Shown in pieces: positions 9,401-15,700 of a DNA stretch of 24,680 bases. The DNA comes from Archangiaceae bacterium (GTDB lineage: Bacteria; Myxococcota; Myxococcia; Myxococcales; Myxococcaceae): NCBI GenBank assembly GCA_043750125.1, contig JAYVCD010000012.1, forward strand, positions 1-24,680, in the 5' to 3' direction. Position numbers and translations under genes: made by a program. Under the pieces are notes generated by a model that searched no databases, had not been told where the DNA came from, and saw only the letters and a program-made list of their open reading frames with translations. Within the stretch, counting starts at the first letter, position 1; the number at the start of each line of letters is the position of its first letter.

Positions 9401-12382
9401 CGAGGGAAGGGGCCCTTCGGCCTCGCTGAGCTGAACGCAGCGCTTGAGCAGGGCCGGGTCGTGAGGGACTTCGCGCAGCGCGCGCGCGGCAGCGAGGAAC
9501 GCACTTTCAGGGTCTCCCAACGCGCCCGCCTGGAGCTGCGAAATCTTCACCCACAGCGCGGCGCGCTCGACCGCGTCGGCCTGAACCGAGATCTGCGCGG
9601 TGAGCAGCCCGACCAGCGCGAGGTGATCGCCGCGCTTCTCGAGCAGCGGCCCCGCGAGGCCAGCGGCCTGCGGTTGCAGCGGCCCGGCCCGCCCCGCCAT
9701 TTGAACCAGGCCCGCCACGGCGCCCGCGTTCCCCGGCTGCAGCCGCAGCACTTCGCGCAGCAGCTCGAACGCTCCCGCTTCGTCCGTTGCAGTCTGAAGC
9801 TTCAGCTGCGCCAGTCGAAGCGCGATCGCAGCCTCATCGCTCGAGCCTGATTCCCGCGCCCGCTGAAGGTCTCGCGCCAGGGCGTCGGCCCACTTCGGGG
9901 TGTCCTGACACTTCTCGTACAGCCGCTGCAGCGACGCGAGCAGCGAACGGTCTTTCGGGGCGTGCGCGCTGAGCCGCTCGGTGGCCCACGCCGCGAGCGC
10001 CGCATCGGCCAGCTGCTCTTCAGCCAGCCGGGCCAGCTCGACCAGCAGCTCGCTTTGCCGCGACGGCTCGGCGGTCGCTTCGACCTGTCGCCGCAGGACC
10101 GTCGCCAATCGGGAAAGATCTGCCTGGGCCCGAGCGCGACTGGCGTACGCGCGCAGCAGCACCAGATCGGTGGGGTCCGTCTGGGTGGCCTTTTCCCACG
10201 CCTGCGTCGCGGGCTCTCGTTGACCGCGCGCATCATGCAGCTCGGCGATTCTGCGCCAGAGGGTAGCCGGGTGGGGCTCGAGGCCCCGGTCGAGCTTGTC
10301 TTCGTACGCGGCGAGCAGCTCATCTTCGGCGCCCAGGGTCCCCGCCAGGCGCGCCAGCTCGGTTCGAACTTTCTCTTCGCCGCTCGAAAGCGCGAACGCG
10401 CGAAGCCGGGCGCTCAGCGCGACCCGCGGCTCAGAGGCGAGTTCCCACAGGGCCGCAATTTCAGAGAGCCGCTGAACGCGGGCGACGGGGGCCGGGACGG
10501 CTTCGAGCTGGACTTCAATCACCTCGGCCAGCGCGCGGGTCTCTTTGCGTTCGCGATGAATCGGCTCGAGCGCCTGCGCCGCGGCCTGGCGGGCCGAGGT
10601 GGTGAGCAGCTGCTGCAGACCCCCAATCGCGTCCGTCGTCGCTGCGCCGCACTCGATCGCCCGGAGATAAGCGACCACCGCCGCGGCCGGCTCGGTGCCC
10701 TTCAACAGCGCGCCGCGCCGCAGGTGCACTTTGCCCTGCTGGGCCGCGGGCTCGAGCTGAGCCAGCGCATCGAGCACGTACGCGTGGAGCTCGGCCCGTC
10801 GCACCGGCGCTTCGTCCGAGTCGCGCTTCCATTCCTGCGGAGTGGCGTCGTCCGCCAGCAGCCGGGTGACCGCCTTCAGCGCGCGCAGGTCGGTGCCCAC
10901 CGCCAGCGATTCTTCCAGAGCGTCGAGCGCCTCTTCGGTCGCGCCCCCATCCTCGAAGAGCCCCGCCGCCTCGAGCAGGCGTTCGATTTTTTCCGGCCCG
11001 TCGACGAGCCGCGCGCGACGAACACCCACTTCCGCCGCGCTCTGAGCTTTTCCGACCTGCCTGAACAACTTGAAGAGGTGGTCGAGGCCCTCGGGGTCTT
11101 CGGGCCGGACTGCGAGCAGATCCGTCCACATCAGCACGGCGGCCTGTGGCTGCTTCAGTCGCTCGCGAAGGCGCGCCACGAAGCGCAACAGCTCGGCGAC
11201 TTCATTCGCGTCGCTCGACGCTTCGGACGCGGCTTCGACGGCTTCGGCCAGCTCGTCCAGCGCGTCGGCCTGCTCGGCGAGCTGCAGCAGGGCGGGCAAC
11301 TTTTCCAGGCGCCCGGTGCCCTCTTCAAAAGCCTTCAATGCCTTGAGCAGCGCCTGCGTCGGGTGGGTGGGCAGCTTCGCGGTCAGACTCTCGACCGTCG
11401 CAAGCCACATCGCGCGCTCGCCCGCGGGTGCGCATTCGAGGCGGTCCTGCAGCAGCTGCAGCCGGGCCTCGAGCTGCCCCGTGGCTTCGAAGGCAGCCGA
11501 GAGCGCTCCCACCGCGGCGGCTCCCAACGGGCTGGGATCTGCGACGAAGCGTCGCAGCAGCGCTCGCGCCTCGGGGTGGGTGGGGACGGCGGCGAGGACC
11601 TCGGTGGCTCCGGCGACCGCTTTGCTCGGCAGGTTCAGCCCGCTGGCCTGCAGCTGCGCGAGCTGAAGGGTCAGCGTCCACCGTCTGTCTCCCGCGGCGG
11701 CCGACCGCTCGCCTTCCAGCGCCCGCGCGAGGTCCGCCGGCCGGTCGAGCGCGGTGGCCAGGCCCCGTACCGCCTCGAGCCCTTCGCGATCATCAGCGGC
11801 CAGGTCGAGGACGCGCAGCCAGCAGGCCAGCGAGCTCTCTTCGTCCCTCAGGTGGTCCTCGTGGACGCGGCCCGCCATGCGCCAGGTGGCGAGCTGTTCA
11901 TCGCGGCTGGCCTGCAGGCGGGCGAGCTTCTCGAGCACCTCGGCGAGTGCGGCCCATTCTTGTCGCTGCAGGTGCAGCCGGCGCAGGCCTTCGAGCGGAG
12001 GGACCTCGCGGGGGGCAGCCACGGTCGCGGCGCGCAGCTGATCAATCGCGCCGGTGGGATTTGACAGCCGCAGTTCGTTCAAAGAAGCCAGCCGAAGGTG
12101 AATCGCCGCTCGGGTGGGGCCGGTGGTTCCCTCGACCTGGTCGGCGAGGACCTCGAACAGCGCATCGACCGCGTCGACTTCGACCGCCACCTCTTCGGCC
12201 TGTTGCTGCAAAGTGGGGTCTGCCGGGCTGCCCTGCAGTGCGCGGGTCAGCGCGGCGAAGACCAGGTGGGGCTGTTGGAGTTTTCGCAGCGCCAAGGCTG
12301 CGTCGAGGCGGTGGTCCGGGGCGACGAGCAGAGCCTCGAGTTGCGCCAGCGCCTCGGCGTCTCCGGGACGCGCGGCGAGCAC
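449..12382 (-). CDS. giant tetratricopeptide-repeat protein, AgmK/GltI-like myxobacterial family (orthology not established)
   Basis: 3977-aa Ala/Leu/Glu/Arg-rich ORF with dozens of TPR-like helix pairs (e.g. AIAAYLQALSFEPSSAPGFQALHRLY) and a non-TPR C-terminal domain. No signal peptide. The true start may lie slightly upstream. Confidence 0.9.
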   Translation of the reverse strand: MLAARPGDAEALAQLEALLVAPDHRLDAALALRKLQQPHLVFAALTRALQGSPADPTLQQQAEEVAVEVDAVDALFEVLADQVEGTTGPTRAAIHLRLASLNELRLSNPTGAIDQLRAATVAAPREVPPLEGLRRLHLQRQEWAALAEVLEKLARLQASRDEQLATWRMAGRVHEDHLRDEESSLACWLRVLDLAADDREGLEAVRGLATALDRPADLARALEGERSAAAGDRRWTLTLQLAQLQASGLNLPSKAVAGATEVLAAVPTHPEARALLRRFVADPSPLGAAAVGALSAAFEATGQLEARLQLLQDRLECAPAGERAMWLATVESLTAKLPTHPTQALLKALKAFEEGTGRLEKLPALLQLAEQADALDELAEAVEAASEASSDANEVAELLRFVARLRERLKQPQAAVLMWTDLLAVRPEDPEGLDHLFKLFRQVGKAQSAAEVGVRRARLVDGPEKIERLLEAAGLFEDGGATEEALDALEESLAVGTDLRALKAVTRLLADDATPQEWKRDSDEAPVRRAELHAYVLDALAQLEPAAQQGKVHLRRGALLKGTEPAAAVVAYLRAIECGAATTDAIGGLQQLLTTSARQAAAQALEPIHRERKETRALAEVIEVQLEAVPAPVARVQRLSEIAALWELASEPRVALSARLRAFALSSGEEKVRTELARLAGTLGAEDELLAAYEDKLDRGLEPHPATLWRRIAELHDARGQREPATQAWEKATQTDPTDLVLLRAYASRARAQADLSRLATVLRRQVEATAEPSRQSELLVELARLAEEQLADAALAAWATERLSAHAPKDRSLLASLQRLYEKCQDTPKWADALARDLQRARESGSSDEAAIALRLAQLKLQTATDEAGAFELLREVLRLQPGNAGAVAGLVQMAGRAGPLQPQAAGLAGPLLEKRGDHLALVGLLTAQISVQADAVERAALWVKISQLQAGALGDPESAFLAAARALREVPHDPALLKRCVQLSEAEGPLPSTALGMNGATAPGMNGSTAPGMNGAATPGMSGSTSGRADSAAGFKDELAALLEELGTRQPEGPARAELFRALAHLQETGGDPDDAIATWGQVQACLPLDAEAQQRLGVLLDQAGRHAQLATLLQHRAENATPTERPAALLALALAREKLGQLDTAADSLLTLFALDQGLEALGALERVLGKLQRHRERAEVLGRLAAAAPDPQSKNDRLLQQAKALIASGELELAVTLLTEVLRGAPREDRAVNALVGLAAEPRVSARVAESLEGVYRDPAHRWQRLAVLEVLVANADAHAERSLRTELASLYEALGEHRQAFVERLRLVRASVEDPLARAEAERVAIAAQLEEELVGAYEDLLERRPSAAVSLALSQTLARLYSGRLASPAQAARMWEEVARLDPLSLEPLQALAELYRAAKNFAALTAVLRRQVPLLAEVPAQLAALNELGRLAEAPLGDWSTAATAYRDVLLRAPSDLKAFGALARMLERLALHPELYEVLKRRLTVAEQSADERADALVRLGQLALGPLKQPDASLGFFEQTLGLRATDAAAVEGLEALLLRAPLLRAPTAAILEKVYRARQDSPRLAEALELQLSTAPAARALGLFEELAVLREALGDPGRAFLARAEVFKATPENLRVRAELERLAETTAHLEELTALYRAQLLTGLPEPLALALWRAVAVLHQRLGQRPRAAEAWEQVARRQPGEEAPLIALCSLYREERDFAQLPRLLRNRAELQPSVEEQISLLLELVDLAELQLKDPPLAIESCRLALSRAPDHRIALAVLEQLLEAHRHFDELARLLEEQMGRAEGRGDETLERTLRVRLARVKHRSLNDDEGALELLRGVLGQQANHPEALAATTELMRAGGPACDSAAALLEPLLEETQAWPALLEVLGARAGLAVGPARAALLHRVADLHQHRLQSPAAALQTLAGLLRESPEEPRALLRCLSLGEIAKADGTLATLLSEVLPKVESNDVKILMLRPLAALHQKLGDPDAALEQWRALLLLLPDDDEALTAAVGLLESSWRWGELVAVLEARLLHAHDDPERISLLSRIGAVRDDSLSDARGAYSAYRRVLELASNDVAALGRLDRLCSQLQLWTEQAEILARRIRLEPHDAVPLRLRLAEVRRARLEDRTGALPLLAEVLQSHPSHPEALAQLEQFLEGEAHFGHASELLLGGYRHFGDVKRLAAFLEWRAPLSTESTRRRALWLELGKLRLEKQQDPELGFLALARAFKETPADAALRAQLIELAALAQCQDALGAVLEEVLPLLEPEGVAQTSLALGALYEGPLKDSQRAADFYRRALGAKAAFTPALAGLDRVLEGLGRWAELLPVLEECLGVAPTREAKVALLLRISAVADERLDQPDRAGSALREVLELEPAHVAAARKLEELYERTAQPERLISILEHLLLHVPQLERQALRLKLARLCSQTNPQRAIELGRALLTDDPLHPGGFALLVGHYERALRHDELGQLLRARRGVTLDPREVASLEFQLGELAYRRLNQPEPAIIHYREVLERARSHAGALTALVEIYAALGPKAALAQALGELAESPEAAAGRRVHLLRRAEVLVELGSRDLALAAARSSLELLPDAAAELQRLRSVFAGYDAFAELAQSLALLVEAQLHAGSSVEGVTSLLELARIHERLNALPQAAAALQRVLSLEPANRTAFDEARTLYARTSQWAPTAGLLQTFLPHLQSAELPVTLDELSELHEEQLNDAPAAFHWACQAVQLDPTPTSRRDRAERLAKSLSKPAELAKLYQQILEGLAFGPTHERLALALAAIQDQALDQVDEAEKTLLGLLAHDVGSKAALDALVQLFARRALHARQAGALELKLEATLDLAARGTLLQGLAQLHETKLKDPRAAALALRRWVELSNSPESAALLAALHRRHQQWPQCLQALQQWVRLALPEERCGIQLQIAQLCEGELKDPEAAIAAYLQALSFEPSSAPGFQALHRLYKKLDRPAELLKAIEQRLTLTTDPTEQVPLLYEAAALWEGKGPGLQADQRLERILKLRPSEERALEGLARLRRAGERWAGLVDVLTRHVEVAQGPLPKALLCGQLGGLLHQQLRDDEGAVRWWKRALESVPEHRPAFSALAHLHQLHGRWLEATRMIEREALLETDAHLRAELLHRSGLLLEDKLRDLAGASTAYQKALAGEPTHLPSLRRLRALYFKDAHWPGFEQTLAQEAEHAPTEADRASAGLELARHLHALGTDNRRAIRWYEHALSNAPEWIEAAQPLTQLLIAASQWPRAAQTLRVLISLFERGGPTHRLALIAHLSKLGDVERELGHSAVSLQTYEQALKLDATEPGALRGRAELYELAGKATEAAQQYELLLKHHEKAMPAVDRAELRVRLTRLFRTLGEKDRAIAMVEKALDADPVQPVALRLAIELSDGASTWDKAALYRQRLAGIAKGEERFALLVELGKIAQDKLLKPKLAITGYAAALELHPDALDVLERIHLAYRSAGQLQEAAKLQATLLAHPLLSEDARHRETLSLAELLGRTMKEEDRAVALLESALDRSPQFVQALQLLEALLVGSKRWKTLDECTRRLIVRLEKVPASAARRAVLWRSLGELRAVRLKDDPGAFEAYSAGARLAPDDAVAQEALGDFAIAHTEHEAEASAAYVRAIPHSEAPARVCGALARIAQKRGDHDSMLLAAGAAAVLGAPGPDEVRMLREFGRVARAPAQLRAPVSESQWQNLLLHPNLRGSLGHLMALIHTHVGAKYAADLGDFKLHPKKHRIELGESKEPALNNLRFIARSLGFESLVLYSPFLAARITGRAERHPDEGVGIRVNPTAPLSLFIGEPLLREADLQQLTAHLAATLALLRPELGMAVLLPPDGLSLLIEAALTFGDPSYVPRGDPKQLKVEQKRLGKALSAEGKTALARLASNLLRTSGRTNIAATYLDAVRHTTSRAALLVAGDFEPVQARVLPMQSSRVQFFIRELVVFAVGGDLHTLRVQTGSQLTAAKRA
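9309..9407 (-). repeat. REP-like element with 4 tandem 24-bp units, in frame inside the TPR gene (PSTALGMNG-ATAPGMNG-STAPGMNG-AATPGMSG)
   Basis: Units start at 9309, 9333, 9357 and 9381 on the + strand. The reverse complement of 9381-9407 is TCCCTCGACTGCTCTCGGGATGAACGG. Confidence 0.9.
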
Positions 12383-12416
12383 AGTGACGCAGTCTTGGAC
12401 TTGTGAGGAAACCAGA

Positions 12417-12447
12417 GGGGGTTTTTCCGAAAACGCCCCGAAGAATA
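12417..12447 (-). promoter_or_regulatory. candidate -10 box (TATTCT, 12447-12442) and adjacent inverted repeat upstream of the TPR gene
   Basis: TAnnnT hexamer next to an imperfect inverted repeat GGGGGTTTT-TCCG-AAAACGCCCC (12417-12439). Confidence 0.3.
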
Positions 12448-12507
12448 GCGACCGATCTGCAGCCGCGGCCAGATCTTCGCGATCCAGGCGGTGGGCAAAG
12501 GTGACCG

Positions 12508-12580
12508 TCCCTCGACTGCTCTCGGGATGAGCGGGGCGAGGCTCTCGGGATGAGCGGGGCGAGGCTCTCGGGATGAGCGG
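12508..12580 (+). repeat. intergenic REP-like element with 3 tandem units of 23-bp period
   Basis: TCCCTCGACT followed by GCTCTCGGGATGAGCGG(GGCGAG) at 12518, 12541 and 12564. Confidence 0.9.
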
Positions 12581-12701
12581 TCCGGCGGAACTTTCCTTCC
12601 CGGGCGGTCAGCGAGCAAGCCGCTGCCTTGTGCGCGGGGGTTCGGCTAGGGTCCCGCGGTTTTTTGCAGTCTGGGCCGCTCAAGTCGAAGGACGCCTCCA
12701 C

Positions 12702-15700
12702 ATGACCCGCACTCTCCTGTTTGCCCTCGCGCTGTGTTGCGCTGCGCCGTCCTTCGCCACTGAGCCGGATCTCGCTCACGCCGGCTTCACCCAGTGGCTG
12801 CAGCGCTGGAACACTGCGGAGCCCGGGCTGCCCAGGCAGCGTCTGCTCGACGAAGGAATCAAGCTGGCCCGCGCGCGCCGCGAAGTGATGTCGCGGCTGG
12901 TTCGCACCGACCCCGAGCGGGCCCTGGCCCAGCAGCTGTCCCGCGCCGCCGTGCCTGCTGAGGTCGCGGAATTCGTCGAAGAGGGCTTCGACGCGCAGGG
13001 AAAATGGGAAGTCCTCGCGATGCTCGGCAAAGATCGCCGCACCACCTACGAGCGATCGATTTCCTTCGGCGCGCGCCGCTTTCGCGCCGAGGCCTGGGGA
13101 AATCTGCAGCACGCCAAGACCGTGGCGATGCACCTGCGCGGCCTGACCCTCGACGGGTGGGCCGCGGTGCGTGACGACGCGGTACCGCGAGCCAACATTC
13201 CCGGGGGCCCGCAGGCCTCTCCGCACACCATCGGGAACAAGAAGCTCCTCTACATCCGCGTCGACTTCATGGACGCTCCCGGAGAGCCGATTTCCCTCGT
13301 GCAGGCCCAGACCGACATCGCCGCGCTGAACAACTATTACAAGGCGTCCAGCTACAACAAGACGAGCATCACGGGCACCGTCACCAACACCTTGCGCATG
13401 CCGCTGAGCAAGGCGACGTACGGCACCACCAACAACACCTCGCAGCTCCTGGCGGACGCGCGCTCGGCGGCCTACGCGGCGAACCCCGGCGCGTGGGATC
13501 TGGACGTCGTCTTCTTCTCGACCATTTCCCAGTGGAGCTGGTCGGGCCTGGGCTACGTCGGCCAGAAGGGCACCTGGCTCAACGGCTCGGCCGGGGTCGG
13601 CACGGTGGCGCATGAGGTCGGCCACAACTACGGGCTGTACCACGCGAACTTCTGGCAGGCGGGAGCCGAGACGATCATCGGCGCCGGCAGCAGCCTCGAG
13701 TACGGCAACGTGTTCGAAGTGATGGGCAGCGGCAACGGCCAACCGAACGCCTGGTACAAGTGGGACCTCGATTGGTTCGGCCCGACCGAAGTCGAAGTCG
13801 TCACCGGCTCGAACAGCTTCCGCGTCTATGACCTCGAGCAGCCCATTCTCGGCGGCGCCCACGCGCTGAAGGTTCCGATCAGCGGAGCGCGCGACTACTG
13901 GGTCCATTTCCGACCCGCGTCGGGCGGCCTCAACGCGCACGGCACCGAAATCAACTGGGGCTACCCGAACTCCGACTCGTCGGACCTGCTGGACATGACG
14001 CCGTGGACCCAGACGGCCGCAGACGCTCCGCTGGTGATTGGGAAGACGTTCAGCGACTCGACCGCGGGTATTCACATCACCCCCACCGGCCTTGCGAGCA
14101 CCACGCCTGCGAGCATCGATGTCACCGTCAATCGGGGGCTGTTCGCCGGCAACCGGTCTCCGACGGTCACGCTGGTGGCGAGCGGGACGCAGGTGAACCC
14201 CAACACCGCCGTCACGTTCACTGCGACGGCCAGCGATCTCGATGGAGATCCGCTCGCCTACTACTGGGACTTTGGCGACAGCTCGGTGTCGACCAACTCG
14301 GCGCTGCAGACGCGCACCTTCACCACGGCGAAAGAAGTGGTGGCCCGCGTCACCGCCACCGACATGAAGGGCGGCACCGGCACCGCATTCGTAGTGGTCC
14401 GGGTGGGGAACCCTTCGACCTACCGAATCAGCGGCACCGTGCGAGAGCTGGGCGTGGGCGTCGAAGGCGTGCGCGTCTTCGTCGGCAGCAAGATGACGCT
14501 GACCGACACCCAGGGCGACTACACCCTGACCGGCTTCACCTCGGGCTCGTTCACCGTCGGCGCGACCAAGCCCGGCTGGACCCTCAACAGCAGCTTCGTC
14601 AACCCGGTGATGGTGAACACTGTAAACGTCACCGGCATCGACTTCACCGGCTTGCGCGCGACGTACACCATCAGTGGCAACGTCACCTCGGTCGCTCAGC
14701 CCTCGCCGGGAGTCACCATCACCGCCGGCCAGTACTCGACCGTCACCACCGCCAGTGGCGCCTACACGTTGTCCGGAGTGCCCAATGGCGGCTACCAGTT
14801 GCTGGCCAAAGGATCGTCCGGAGAAGTCTTCAACCCCACCGGCTTCACCAACCCGATTCAAATCAACGGAGCCAATCAGTCGGCTCGCAACTTCGTCGAG
14901 AACGTCTTCCCCGTCTCGGGCCAGGTGACCGGCACCGCGGGTCCGCACGATGTGACCGACGGAATTCGAACCGTGCAGACGGCGCTGTTTGGAGGAAGTT
15001 GGCTCTACAAGTTCCCCCGCGTCCCGCCGGGCAACTGGAACTTCGTCGCGTCTGCCGCCGGACAATTGATTGTTCCCAGCTTCGCCAACCCGGTCGCGGT
15101 GAGCGCGGCCGTGACGGGAAAGGACTTCACCGCTTCGGTCGGCGTGGGTTACCGGATTCGCGGGTACATCGATGAAGCGGGCTCACCGCTGGTGGGCTGC
15201 CTCGTCACCAGTGGCGCTCTGAGCTCTACGTCCGACTCGCTGGGCTTCTACACCTTCCCCAACATCGCCAACGGCAGCCTCGACGTGATGCCGGTGAAGT
15301 CCGGGTACGTCTTCTCGCCCGCGAGCTGCGCTGGGGTGGACGCCGGTTGTCGGACGGTGACGGTGGCGGGATCCGACGTGTCCACCGGAGTCGACTTCTC
15401 GGTGTTCGGCGCCAACGCCCCGCCGACGATTGCGTTTCCTCCCCACGCGAACCCCAGCCCGGTGATTGGGAAGACCGCCAGCCTCACCGTGCTGGGCGAC
15501 GACCCGATCGAAGGCGAGCAGGCGCTGAAGTATTTCTGGCGCCAGACTTTCCCGATCCCAACGCCGCTTGCGGACGGTGGCGCCGGACTCAATCAAGCGA
15601 CGTTCTCGACCAACAACACCAACGCGAGCAAGCAGGTCACGGTCACGTTTCCCAAGCCGGGCGCCTACGGCTTCGCGGTGGACATCATCGACGGGGGCGG

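Noticed and set aside
410-12064. Very long + strand ORFs (728, 2394 and 700 aa) opposite the TPR gene
   Set aside because: Antisense shadow frames expected from high-GC codon bias. R/Q/G-rich with no recognisable motifs.
12508-12580. Tandem repeats as a mini CRISPR array
   Set aside because: Units are directly adjacent with identical 6-nt linkers. There are no unique spacers and no cas genes.
12573-12701. ORF-track start at 12573
   Set aside because: The ATG comes from the repeat. ATG12702 has an SD-like sequence and begins a signal peptide.
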